From Raja brachyura (Eukaryota), in assembly GCA_963514005.1 (NCBI GenBank), contig OY740820.1, positions 13,206,001-13,270,000 on the forward strand: a DNA stretch of 64,000 bases, given 5' to 3'. Positions 13,566 to 25,949 of this stretch are shown here, piece after piece (position 1 is the first letter of the stretch; every line of letters starts with the position of its first letter). Position numbers and translations under genes: made by a program. The notes beneath the pieces are model-generated. The model was not told the origin of the DNA, did no database searches, and was given only the letters and a program-made list of their open reading frames with translations.

Positions 13566-13798
13566 TTAAGGAGGAACTGCTGGAAAATCGAAGGTTGACA
13601 AATTGCTGGAGAAACTCGGCGGGTGAGGCAGCATCTATGGCATGAAGGAAATAGGCAACGTTTTGGGTCGAAACCCTAAAGGGTTTCGACCCGAAACGTT
13701 GCCTATTTCCTAAAGGGTTTCGACCTGAAACATTGCCTATTTCCTTCACTCCATAGCTGCTGCCTCACCCGCTGAGTTTCTCCAGCATTTTTGTCTAC
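13566..13798. repeat. Palindromic Penelope module with TSD and an internal 34 bp tandem duplication
   Basis: ACCAAT(G/A)CCCCTGT at 13552-13565 and 13799-13812. Confidence 0.82.
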
Positions 13799-13929
13799 AC
13801 CAATACCCCTGTCCTCTTTCTCAATGCTTCAGTTAGGCCACCGTGCCCTTGGCTTATATAAGTTGAAGTTGCAGTGTCATCGTCTGCTTTAGAATTTCAA
13901 TAGCTTTTCTCTTTCAAAAACGTTTTTAG

Positions 13930-14209
13930 CATCGATACCCCCGGCGTGATTAGCCGCGTTTCCCAGCTCTTCAAAGGGCACCCTGACCTCATCATGGGCT
14001 TCAACACCTTCCTGCCTCCGGGCTACAAGATTGAGGTGCAGACCAATGACATGGTGAATGTGACGACACCCGGCCAAGTCCATCAGATCACTCCCCAGCA
14101 CGCGGCCCAGCCCCAGAGTCAGCAGCAACACCAGCAGCAACCACAGCAGCACGCTGCGCCTGCACCGGCACAGCCAGCACCACAACCGCCACCTGCCAAA
14201 ATCGCCAAG
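13930..14209 (+). CDS. SIN3A: SIN3A coding exon 4, PAH1 C-half plus Q/P-rich linker
   Basis: [35 protein letters not shown]; tttag| and AAG|gtaag; 280 nt. Confidence 0.96.
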
Positions 14210-14269
14210 GTAAGCCCGGGGAAAGCAGCTTCATGCACGCGTACTGATGCATTTCTACTTAGCTCGGTT

Positions 14270-15005
14270 GGGTTTAGTTTACAGGTGCAGCATGGAAACA
14301 ACTCCTTCTGCCCACTGAGTCCATGCCGGCCGTCGATCACCCATCCGCACTAGTTCTGTGTTGTCCCACTTTTGCATCCACTCCCCCCTACACGCTCGGG
14401 GCAATTTACAGAGGCTGAATAACCTACAAACCCGCACGTCTTTAGGATGAAGAAAGACTGGATAGACCTGGCTTGTACTCGATGGAATTTAGAAGATTGA
14501 GGGGAGACTTACAAAATTCTTAAGGGGTTGGACAGGCTAGATGCAGGAAGATTGTTCCCGATGTTGGGGAAGTGCAGAACGAGGGGTCACAGTTTATGGA
14601 TAAGGGGGAAGGAAGTATTTTAGGACCGAGATGAGAAAATCATTTTTCACACAGTGAGTGGTGAATCTGTGCCACAGAAGGTAGTTGAGGCCAGTTCATT
14701 GGATATATTTAAAAGGGAGTTAGATGTGGCCCTTGTGGATAAAGGGATCAGGGGGTATGGAGAGAAGGCAGGTACAGGATACTGAGTTGGATGATCAGCC
14801 ATGATCATATTGAATGGCGGTGCAGGCTCGAAGGGCCGAATGGCCTACTCCTGCACCTATTTACTATGTTTCTATGTGGGAGGATACCAGAGCACCTGGA
14901 GGTTGCATGGAGAACGAGGAAACTCCACACGAACAGCACCCATGATCAGGATCGAACCCGGGTCTCTGGAGCTGTGAGGCAGCAGCTCTACCAGCTGCGC
15001 CTACG
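14270..15005 (-). mobile_element. V-SINE interrupted by a + strand CR1 3' fragment (about 14447-14876)
   Basis: SINE halves ...cacgtctttagga / tgtgggagga... flank CR1 RT C-terminal sequence and tail. Confidence 0.78.
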
Positions 15006-16089
15006 TACCACTCACCATTGGATTGACCTGGCTTTTGGTGCAGGCATATCACGAAGACCTCTCTCTGTTCCCTGATGTAAACTGAAACACACTCGCATAG
15101 CTCACTCCTGCATTGCTATTGCAGTTCTCTGAATATTTGTATTTTCTTGTTTTTTTACCTCAATTGACATCCATTTACTGGAAGGATAAATTTTAGATTA
15201 GAGAATGTCAAGTTGAGTTGAATGGATTGCCATGTACACAAGTACGCTGAGGTACAGGTGTAATTAATATTTTTCTTGCGGAAGCATTATAGGTACATGC
15301 ACTTGGACAACACCCAGAACATTAATTACACATACATTCCACAATGCAGTAATAAAAACCTATATAAAACAGATCATTAGTTCAAAACATAATTAGAAAA
15401 GAAGTCCACAGTAGTGCACAAGGTGGTCCATAGTCCTCTGTGTCCAGAGGAATGCGCAAGCTAGTCCGTTGTCCACAATGGTCCAAGAACTAGTCCGTGC
15501 TGCTCTGTAGCTGAGCTTAGCCTTGATGCTAACACTGTTTTAAAAAAATATGTTTTACAACAGATATGCCTGTTTGGTATTAGTAATTGTCAGGTTTTAT
15601 TTAATGCCTTGCACTGTGGCACGATCTCCACCTCAAAGTTGCTCAGCTCAAAGAAAGCATACAATGGTTAATTCAAGGTGCATATGACTGATTCTTTACC
15701 AGTGACATCTTGTTAGTGTACTCAAGACTCAGCTTGCAAACACTGCTGATACAATATTGTGCTTTTGTTGGTTGGATTTATTTGATAATGTCTGTTTTTT
15801 TAGTGAACATTTATTTATTAATGGAATAATTTTTAAATTGTAACAACTGTGATTGTACCTTGGAGCTTGTGAGCTGGGAAAGGGAACCTTGTTCATTAGA
15901 CCCATAATAATATTCTCATCATTGTTATTATTGTGAGAATGATCACTAATCTTTGAGGTTGGGTTATCTACAAATTGCTGCAGCTGACCAGCTTTAAAAA
16001 AAAAACCATTTTATTCCTGTAAATTATTTTTTTTAATTACTGCTTTTTAATGTCATTTTGATTTAAATTAATTTAATAATGTGAACGTG

Positions 16090-16695
16090 GATCTCTGGTA
16101 GAGCTGCTGTCTCACAGCATGAGAGACCCGTGTTTGATCCTGACCTTGGATGCTGTCTTTGTGGTGTTTGCATGTTTTCCCTGTGCCTGCGTGGGTTTCC
16201 TCCAGGCTATCCGCCGTTTTCTTCCCACATCCCGAAGACAAATAGGTTAATTGGCCTCCATACATTTCATGTGTAGGGAGTGGATGCAAAAGTGGGGTAA
16301 CATGGAATTGGTACGAACGAGTAATCGATAGTCGGCGTGGACTTGGTGGGCTGATGGGCCTGTTTCCACTCTCTAAAGTGAACATCCGGGGTGTGACCTG
16401 TGCGCAAATCCAGTCAATTGTCGGCAAATCCTTCAAAACTGTGCCAGTTGTAAACCTACCTTCAATGGGTATATATTAGTTTTAGTTTAGAGATGCAGCG
16501 TGGAAACAGGCTCTTTGGCCCACTGAGTCCACACTGACCAACGATACCCGCACACTAACACTATCCTACATACACTAGGGACAATTTACATTTATAACAA
16601 GCCAATTAACCCGCAAACCTCTACGTCTTTGGAGTGTGGAAACAGAAGATCTCAGGGAAAGCCCACGCAGCTCTACCGCTGTGCCACCGTGCCTC
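16090..16695. mobile_element. Two V-SINEs tail-to-tail (+ about 16090-16375; - about 16478-16695)
   Basis: V-domain and tail motifs on opposite strands. Confidence 0.7.
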
Positions 16696-17037
16696 CCGGT
16701 AGAGTTGTGGAACTTCCCTTTCTATTCAGTTAGCCAAAGGTATGGAAGGGTTATGAGGAATTTTCATTCCTGTTCTCAATCTGACTATATCTGGGCTTCT
16801 GCACTTTAAATAAAGTGCCGCTAGATTTGTAAGGAAAACTGTGACCGACCAACATCAATGTTGATTTTAAAAGTAGATTGTGATAACTACTAATGACTTG
16901 AAGTCAAGGAATTCAAGTGCTGCAAAGTCATTTTTTTTTAAAGCAGGTTAGTTTGGTTTTCGGTCGTCTGTCAAACTAGAGACACCTATTAGCAAAAACA
17001 GTAACTGTGAAGTAATTCATAAGGTGAACAATCCTCT

Positions 17038-18185
17038 GGGCAGCACCGTAGCGCAGCGGTAGAGTTGCTACCTTACAGTGCCAGAGATTCATGTTCAATC
17101 CTGACCATAGGTCACATTTTGTGGATGACACAAAGCTGGGTGGCAGAGTGAACTGCAAGGAGGATGCTATGAGGCTGCAGGGTGACCTAGATAGGTTGGG
17201 TGAGTGGGCAGGTGCATGGCAGATGCAGTACGATGTGGGTAAATGTGAGGTTATCCACTTTGGTGGCAAGAATGTGTGCTTGTACATCAGTCACTGAAAG
17301 TAAGCATGCAGGTACAGCAGGCAGTGAAGAAAGCTAATGGCATGTTGGCTTTCATGGCAAGAGGATCTGAGTATAGGAGCATGGAGGTCCTACTGCAGTT
17401 GTACAGGACCCTGGTGAGACCGCACCTGGAGTATTGTTTGCAGTGTTGGTCTCCTAATTTGAGGAAGGACATTCTTGCTATTGAGGGAGTGCAACGTAGG
17501 TTCACCAGGTTAATTCCCGGGATGGCGGGACTGGAATTTAGAATGATGAGAGGGAGCCTTATAGAAACATATAAAATTCTTAAGGGATTGGACAGGCTCG
17601 ATGCAGGAAAAAAATTCTCGATGTTGCGGGAGTCCAGAACCAGGGGTCACAGTTTAAGAATAAGGGGTAGGCCATTTAGGACTGAGATGAGGAAAACCGT
17701 TTTCACCCAGATAGTTGTGAATTTGTGGAATTCTCTGCCACAGAAGGCAGTGGAGGCCAATTCACTGAATGATTTCAAGAGTTAGATATAGGGCTAACAC
17801 AATCATGGGATAGGGGGAGAAAGCAGGAACGGGGTACTGATTTTGGATGATCAGCCATGATCATATTGAAAGACGGTGCTGGCTCGAAGGGCCAAATGGC
17901 CCACTAGTGTTCCTATTTTCTATGTTTCAATGGGTGCTGTCTGTGCGGAGTTTGCACGATCTCCCTGTGACCGCGTGGGTTTTCTCCAGGTTCTCCGTAT
18001 CCTCCCACACTCCAAAGACGTGCAGGTTTGTAGGTTAATTGGCTTCAGTAAAATTGTAAATTGTCCCGAGTGTGTAGGACAGTGTTAGTCTACGGGGTGA
18101 TTGCTGGTCAGCACGGACTCAGTGGGCCAAAGGGCCTGATTCCGCGCTGTATCTCCAAAGTTAAGTACAAAGTAACTAAACTAAA
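17038..18185 (+). mobile_element. V-SINE split by a CR1 LINE fragment (about 17108-17930) encoding RT C-terminal remnants
   Basis: SINE head 17038-17107 resumes at 17931; ORFs FVDDTKLGG...QGDLDRLGEW and LYRTLVRPHLEYC..WSP..IEGVQRRFTRLIPG. Confidence 0.88.
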
Positions 18186-19009
18186 GTGAACTCTACATCA
18201 AACATATTCTTATGTTAAATATCTAGTCTTGGTGAACACTTTTTTTAAGATCACAAATCTTCTGGTATATTATGTGCTGAGTACTGTGGTGATTCATCTT
18301 TGGGTGCTTTTATCCATTACATGCGTATTGTTTTGTGAAAAATAGCTGTTAATAACTTTGTAGTTCCTGTGTATAGTTGGATGTGTAGCACAATAACCTT
18401 TAATTAATAAGCAATCAAAGTATTTTGTTTCGTTGAAACAAACTTGGCAACCCTTCATTTCTTTTCCTGTTACATGTGCAGTAAGAGTGGGTCATATTTT
18501 CCCTTGACTGTGCTACACATTTGATAAAAACCACAGTTGATTTCCTATCTCAGAACTTTCTTGCTTGATCCCATGCCCATCGATTCCCCTGGTATCTGTC
18601 AATCCTACCCCTGAATATACTCGGTGATTGTGCATCCTCAACTGTGAGTAAAGAAATCCATCCCAAACTCAGTCATAAATCATCTCTCTCACTTTTTTCT
18701 TCTGAAAAAATATACTCCACTTATTGCTTTTTGGGAGTAGTGCATATAACACTGGAAACTGTATTTTTAAATATTGTTCACTGTTCTGACTAGTTTGCTA
18801 TTGAATTAGGATACAATATGATAGAACTTTATTTATCCCCGGTTAGAAATTGATCTGCCGAAAGTCATAAAACACAAGATACATGAAATTAAAGTGCTAA
18901 AGTTAGCAGAAACCTTTCTATCTGGGAGATTTGCACAGAATACAGGATGATGAGTGTTGGGATTTGAGATTTTGTTTTATATTTGAGTATTTACAAAATC
19001 CACCTGTAG

Positions 19010-19537
19010 TGGCTTCAGAGGGTAGTCGGGGCAGCACAGAAGATAATCGGCTGCCCTCTCCCCTCTCTGATGGACATTTACACCTCCTGCTGCCTCAGCA
19101 GGGCGAAGAACATTATCAAGGACAGCTCCCATCCTGCATTTGGCCTGTTCAACCTGCTACCCTCAGGGAGGCGCTATAGGTGCATCAGCACAAGGACAAA
19201 CAGACTCAAGAACAGTTTCTTTCCAAAATCCATTATCTCCCTGAACTCACACATGCATTGACTTCACAGCCTAACCCCCGGACTTCCATCTATCCACCTA
19301 CTGTAATTTGTACTGTAACTGTAATTTCCAATATGTGCAATAACCCATACTGGATATAGGAATCCTATTATCCATTCTATTTATCCATTGTCTTTTTATA
19401 GATATGTATATAGCGCTGCAGAAACTGTGCACCTTATCCCCCCCCCCCCTTTTTGTTTTGTTTTGCACTGAGTAGGAGCAGCTTTTAATCGCATTGTACA
19501 TGTGTATAGTGACAATAAAAGGCATTCTGATTCTGAT
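19010..19537 (+). mobile_element. Rex1/Babar-type LINE 3' fragment
   Basis: RAKNIIKDSSHPAFGLFNLLPSGRRYRCISTRTNRLKNSFFP; GTGACAATAAA tail plus (ATTCTG)n. Confidence 0.8.
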
Positions 19538-19632
19538 AGCGATTGATTATAAGAGAGGTCACTTTATGGATGCGCTTTTGATGTCACGGAAATAGAATGT
19601 TGCCGTATTTCCATGATTGATCATTATTATTA

Positions 19633-19866
19633 GGAAGAAGGGTCTCGACCCGAAGCGTCACCTATTCCTTCGCTCCATAGATGCTGCCTCACCCGCTGAG
19701 TTTCTCCAGCATTTTTGTCTACCTTCCATTATTATTAGGAAGCAGGTTCTCCACCCCGAAACGTCACCTTTCCAATTTCTCTAGAGAAACTGCCTGATCC
19801 GTTGAGTTACTCCAGCATATTGTGTCTATCTTCGGTGTAAACCAGCATCTGCAGCTCCTTCCTGCA
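19633..19866 (+). repeat. Two Penelope terminal modules in direct tandem
   Basis: Units about 19633-19726 and 19738-19866, delimited by three CATTATTATT copies. Confidence 0.78.
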
Positions 19867-20221
19867 CATTATTATTGGGATCTGGGATCTCATTTCTAAG
19901 GATTTGCATAAAGGCCAATGTTGCGGGCGAACCATCACTACTTTTGTGTCAGTGGAGAGCATTCCTGAAGAAATACCATTTATAGCTTCTGTGATATTTC
20001 TCTAAATGAAAGAAAAAAACAGCCACATCAAAGGCAAAGCACCAATTGACTAATAATTAGAAATGCAGATAACGGCCTACAATTTAGTAAGTAGACGAGA
20101 ACAAGTCAATTGAGTTTGTGCCCCGCCCAGAGTTGGGATAACAAGTTGATTGATAGATTTTGCAGCACTGTTTTTGGGATTTTAGCAAAACTTCGTTCAT
20201 TTTGCTTTTACATCCTTGCAG

Positions 20222-20473
20222 CCACTGCAGTCACAAACACACACGCCAACCAGCCAACCAAATGCATCAATGGCTCCATATGCCTCTCCCCGGTCACCTC
20301 CGGTGCAGCCTCACACTCCAGTCACGAGCGCTCACGCCGCGACGCCTCCCATGCAGAACAATCAGCCCGTGGAGTTCAATCATGCCATTAACTATGTCAA
20401 CAAGATCAAAAACCGCTTCCAGGGACAGCCCGACATCTATAAGGCCTTTCTGGAGATCCTACATACGTACCAG
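20222..20473 (+). CDS. SIN3A: SIN3A coding exon 5, PAH2 N-half
   Basis: [37 protein letters not shown]; tgcag| and CAG|gtaag; 252 nt. Confidence 0.94.
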
Positions 20474-20601
20474 GTAAGAAAACTCACAGCATTTCAAGCC
20501 TTTCCCTCACCCTAGTGTTAACAGCCGCAGGAAAATATTTTGTTGTCTTCCTTTTTGTTCGTCCCTTTCACTTTGTATATCAATGTAACTCCTTATCTAT
20601 T

Positions 20602-20790
20602 TAGACACAAAATGCTGGAGTAACTCAGTCGGACAGGCAGCTTCTCCAGAGAGAAGGAGTGGGTGACGTTTTGGGTCGAAATCCTTCTTCTGACGAAAGG
20701 TCTCGACCTGAAAGATCGCCCGTTGCTTCTCTCCCGTGATGCTGCCTGTCCCACTGAGGTACTCCAGCATTTTGTGTCTTTGGTGTGAAC
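20602..20790. repeat. Palindromic Penelope terminal module
   Basis: Inverted arms; core CTGACGA-AAGGTCTCGACCT-GAAA at 20690. Confidence 0.75.
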
Positions 20791-21524
20791 ATCTATTTAT
20801 ACTTCTTTCCATCTTGTCCTGTTTTATTTCTCTCTTTTCAATTTAATTTGTATTTTGCAGCTCGGTGTCTGGCGATTTTGTTTTGATGTTCTTCAGATTT
20901 TTCTTTCGTGTGGCGTGCACAGCCTAAAGTGGTTGGACAACTTGTTCTATTTGACCTTCCATTTGTGCACGTCGAGTTGATTGCATTAGTCGAAACAGGG
21001 CAGACCAGGTGCAGGTTGCAATCTTCCACCCCGTTCTTTAGATGAATGGAGAAAAGAATACCCCATCCCATGTTACGAGTGGCAAGCTGAGCACATGCGT
21101 GTGATCAGTACCTCTTTTGGTGGCTGGGATAGTTATTCATTGTGTCGCCATGAATCCTAGAGGGCAGCCCCTCTCACACAGCCCTTCATTAATACAATTT
21201 CTCAGCCGTACATTTACATCTTTTCCAATGTGATACTAAAATCAATAACGTCAGGAAAGATAGAGGGGGAGAGAGATGCAAGGTACATTTTGATGTGGGC
21301 AACTGGATAAAAGCAAAAAAAATAATAAGAGGGTATATAGATACGCAGAACCCCCTCTTTACTTTGGCCCGTATTGATGAGGGGGTCTGAAGATGGGTCC
21401 CGAACCAAAACGTCACCTATCCATGTTTCCAGAGATGCTGCCTGACCTGCTGACCTCCAGCACTTTGTGTCCTTTAACGAGCGGCTGTCTCTTTTCTAAG
21501 ATGCTTTAAATATTTTTGCTATAA

Positions 21525-21743
<219 letters not shown>

Positions 21744-22413
21744 TGAGTTGTACTGAAGTGTCGATAGCTACAGTGGGTAAACTAGAAAGCGCTAATTCAT
21801 TTATTCTGCAATGACAAGTATTAATAATTAGAGTAAGTAACATTAAATATTTGTGACGTTTTATAGGAGAGATTGAAGCAGATGAAAACCACAGGTGCCT
21901 GAGTTAAACTACTCTGTCAAGTCTTTGGAGGAAACAAAACCTTACTTTGTCCATCACCTGTTCCCCCTTCGCAACCTCAATCCCACTCCTCACCTCCTGA
22001 GTAAACTATTAAAATGTCGCTGAATGTATTATTGTGCGGGTTGATCTTTAGTGGTAATATCCAAGTATAAAAAGATAACCACTTTGCAACCACGACTCAA
22101 CTATCAATTCATAACAATTTCTCCTCATCCTTAATGTAGACAGCACGGCATATGTACATGGTCAAACCACAAACTATCATTACTACACCAGAACGTTAAA
22201 ACACACCCACAGGTTCCGGTTCATGGCTTGATTCCACATAAGGCTTTACATTTCACACATTTTCGAAGTTCTCTCCTGTGCCACAAAGCAGCTTGGAAAC
22301 AAAGCAAACCCCATGCCTTGGGACCGCTGTTCCACTTGGTTTTATATCCATGGAGACGCGATTTTCTGAGCTCTCTCTTCAACATACAGTTGCATCTTCA
22401 GCCGCCTCTGACA

Positions 22414-22715
22414 GGCAGTACAGTGGTGCAGCGGGTAGAGCTGCTGCCTCACAGGGCCAGAGACCCTGGTTCAATACTGACCTCGGGTGCTGTCTCGTTC
22501 TCCTTGTGACTGCATGGGTTTCCTCCAAGTGCTCTGGTTTCCTCCCTCATCCCAAAGACGTTTGGGTTTATGTTCATTGCACTCTAAAGTGTCCCTAGTG
22601 TATAGGGAGCGGATGAGAAAGTGGGATAACGGAACTAGTATGAACGGGTGATCAGTGGTTGGTGTGGGCCGAAGGGCTTGTTTCTATGCTGCATCTCTAA
22701 ACTGCACTGCAACTA
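22414..22715 (+). mobile_element. V-SINE (HE1-like)
   Basis: Head, V-domain and tail motifs. Confidence 0.75.
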
Positions 22716-22928
22716 AAGTTGATGGTTCGTTCTGGAGTTGTGTAAATGGAAAGTACAGGTAGCTGCTCCTAGGATCTGATCTGAAGTACATTACCAACTG
22801 CTGTGTGGTGTTTCCCTATTAGGATGTTATGGATATGTATGTGCATTGTTTGAGTTGTCCTTTTCTTCCTAAAGTGCGGTACTTTGAGCTTGTAACCAAG
22901 CTGATTGAGAGTTATTTTTGTTCCGCAG

Positions 22929-23087
22929 CTGCTGAGTAAAACGACGGCAGAGAAAGCTGACTCGGTCAGGAATGACCACGGTAGCACAGTGAAGAAGCCT
23001 CAGCTGAACAATAATAAGCAACGAAGCAATCAGAATGGCTGCCAGATCCGTCGCCACTCAAGCACCGGAGCCACTCCTCCCGTGAAA
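22929..23087 (+). CDS. SIN3A: SIN3A coding exon 7 (LLSKTT...TPPVK)
   Basis: cgcag| and AAA|gtaagt; 159 nt. Confidence 0.94.
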
Positions 23088-23764
23088 GTAAGTCATGGTT
23101 CACTGTTTTATGGACAGGCTCCTTGCTGATGCTTCTTTCTGCTCAGTGGTGAAGCCTCACAGCGCCAGAGACTCTGGTTCAATCCTGACCTCGGGTGCTG
23201 TCTGTGTGGCGTTTGAACGTTCTCACTGTGGCCTCCCTGTGTGGGTCACGTGGTTAGTCCTCTGGGTGCTCTAGTTTTCTCACACATCCCAAAGATGCGC
23301 AGGTTTATAGGTTAACTGGCCACTGTAAATTGCCCCTTGTGTGCACATCAGTGGTAGAACCTGGGGGGAGTTAATAACAATATAGAGAGAATACAATTGG
23401 ATTAGATTAGTATGACTGGGTGGTTGATAGTCAGTGTGGACTCACTGGGCCAGGGGGCCTGTTTCCATGCTGTATGTCGCTATCTCTATCAATGGAGAAT
23501 TATCAAGACTTGATAACAACAATATGCAGTTGTGTAATCCCTTCAAAGAAGACCATCTTCAGATGTGTAACCCAAACACATCGGAGTGAGAGTGCAGTGA
23601 GAATTTGATACTCATTTGAAGATGCTTTTGAAGGATTTCTCAAAGCCATTATGTCCAAGTTTGCAAAGGGTGCTTGAGGTTCCTTGTAGTGGATAGTAAA
23701 CTCTCATAATACACATTATGTCCATATTTTAACATTAGGCTTGTTATTCATTATCATACAGGAT

Positions 23765-24160
23765 TCATTCACTGGAGTTTAGAAGGATGAGGGGGGGATC
23801 TTATAGAACCATATAAAAGGACTGAACAAGCTAGATGCATGAAAAATGTTCCCAATGTTGGGCGAGCCCAGAACCAGGGGCCACAGTCTTAGAATAAAGG
23901 GGAGGTCATTTAAGACTGAGGTGAGAAAAAGCTTTTTCACCCCGAGTTGTGAATTTATGGAATTCCCTGCCGCAGAGGGCAGTGGAGGCCAAGTCACTGG
24001 ATGGATTTAATAGAGAGTCAGATACAGCTCTAGGGGCTAGTGGAGTCAAGGGATATGGGGAGAAGGCAGGCACGGGTTATTGATAGGGGACGATCAGCCA
24101 TGATCACAATGGCTTGAAGGGCCGAATGGCCTCCTCCTGCACCTATTTTCTATGTCTCTA
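23765..24160 (+). mobile_element. CR1 LINE 3' fragment
   Basis: agaaccaggggccacagtcttagaataaagggg and gatcagccatgatcac tail. Confidence 0.8.
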
Positions 24161-24648
24161 TACATAGTTTATTCTTTTGCTGCTTTTGTTTAACTTACTC
24201 TGTCGTATTAAAGAAATTGCTTCCAAAACATCTTTTTACTTTTTGTGGGTAAACTTGCTGTGTGGATTTTGCTGTTCACACCCACTCTCGATGAAATGTT
24301 CTTTTAAATTTGCACCCCTCACCCTCTCAAAACGAATACGTTTGATGCTTTGGTTTGAGATCTATCTGCTAGTAAGATAATAGCATTAAAAAATATATTT
24401 TCAAAATGACCTGTTCTACGAAACATAGAAAAGCAAAACCAGTAAGTAAGAAATAAAACCACTTACAGAACCGAGTTATCTTCACTTCACGTCCTGGGTT
24501 TCAGTTCAAGCGGGCCAGATATCGTCTGGAATAGTTTGGAACCACAGAATTTCTTTCCTGCCAACAAGTCCACTGTCAGACCAACTAAGGGTCATTTTCA
24601 GGAAGAAAAATTGTAGATTGGCAGGTGTTGCAAATTTTTGGTCCCTGC

Positions 24649-25092
24649 TTAGAAACGTAGAAACGTAGAAAATAGGGATGCAGGTCCTTCGAGCCAGCAC
24701 CACCATTCAATATAATGATGGCTGATCATCCAAAATCAGTAACCCGTTCCTGCTTTTTCCTCACATCTCTTGATTCCGTTAGCCCTAAGAGCTATATCTA
24801 ACTCTCTCTTGAAAACATCCAGTGAATTTGCTTCCACTGCCTTCTGTGGCAGAGAATTCCACAGATTCACAACTCTCGGGGTGAAAAAGTTTTTCCTCCT
24901 CTCAGTCCCAGACGGCCCTTCCCTTATTCGTAAACATGACCCTTGGTTCTCGACTCTCCCAACATCGGGAACATTTTTCCCGTATATAGCCTGTCCAATC
25001 CTTTAAGAATGTTATATGTTTCTATAAGATCCCACCTCATCCTTCCAAATTCCAGTGAATACAAGCCCAGTCGGCCTATTCTTTCATCATGG
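24649..25092 (-). mobile_element. CR1 LINE 3' fragment
   Basis: RLGLYSLEFGRMRWDLIETYNILKGLDR on the - strand. Confidence 0.82.
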
Positions 25093-25094
25093 AT

Positions 25095-25642
25095 TGGCCT
25101 ACACGATGTCCCACTTGCCAAACATTTGAACACCCCTTCCCACTACCATTTTGACCTGGGCTCCTCCACTATCAGAGTGAGGCCCGGTGTAAATTTGAGA
25201 AACAGCGCCTCATATTTCACTTGGGCAGCTTTCACCCCAGCGGTATGAATATTGACTTCTCTAACTTCAGGTAATCCTTGTTTTCTCTCTCTCCCCATCT
25301 CTCCCCCCCCCCCCCCTCCCTCCTTCCTAGTTCTCCGACCAGTCTGACTGCCCCCTTGATTAAATCTCAGCTCTATTTGCTCCGATATCACCTTCCCCAT
25401 AGCCAACAATGATCTATTTTACATTTTCCTTTAGCCACATCCCCTTTGATGTCTCATTCTCACACCTGACACTTCCTTATCTCCGTGTCTCCCCCTCCCC
25501 TAACTCTCAGTCTGAAGAATGGTCTCGACCCAAAACATCACCCATTCCTTCTCTCCAGAGATGCTGACTGCCCCACTGAGTTACTCCAGCATTTTGTGTC
25601 TATCTTCGGTGTAAACCAGCATCTGCAGTTCCTCCCTACACA
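25095..25642 (+). mobile_element. Penelope-like 3' fragment (GIY-YIG C-terminus plus terminal repeat)
   Basis: LAKHLNTPSH...; ctcatatttcacttgggcagc...ccccagcggtatgaatattgac is homologous to 46050-46100; ends in the terminal module. Confidence 0.8.
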
Positions 25643-25859
25643 TGCCGTCCGTTGGTCAAGTTTCCGTCCGTTTCCTCTGTTGGTCAAGGCTGTTGTGGGA
25701 ATGGAGGCGAATACAATGCAAACATTACGTTTTTGAAGTGACCTTTTTAAATTATCCCAGTAATGTAGGTGCAGTCCAGTCACTCTTAGGTGGAAGACCA
25801 GTTTGCAATTCATCAAGATAACCTGCATTGAACAAATGTTTTCTTCTTTCTTTTTGTAG

Positions 25860-25949
25860 AAGAAACCAAAGATGTTGGGATTGAAAGACCAGTCCCTGGC
25901 TGAGGTCAATAAGCATGGAGCTGGAACAGAAACTTTATTCTTTGAAAAG
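25860..25949 (+). CDS. SIN3A: SIN3A coding exon 8 ([30 protein letters not shown])
   Basis: Polypyrimidine tract plus tgtag|; AAG|gtgac; 90 nt. Confidence 0.93.

Noticed and set aside
13889-14340. Antisense ORFs over SIN3A exons (also 36104-36376, 38054-38248, 40481-40666, 56582-56882)
   Set aside because: Shadow frames of the real coding exons, with no independent similarity or splice structure.
24420-24645. Possible LTR fragment or antisense exon (donor-like GTAAGT on both strands)
   Set aside because: No partner LTR, TG..CA ends, primer-binding site or open frame could be established.
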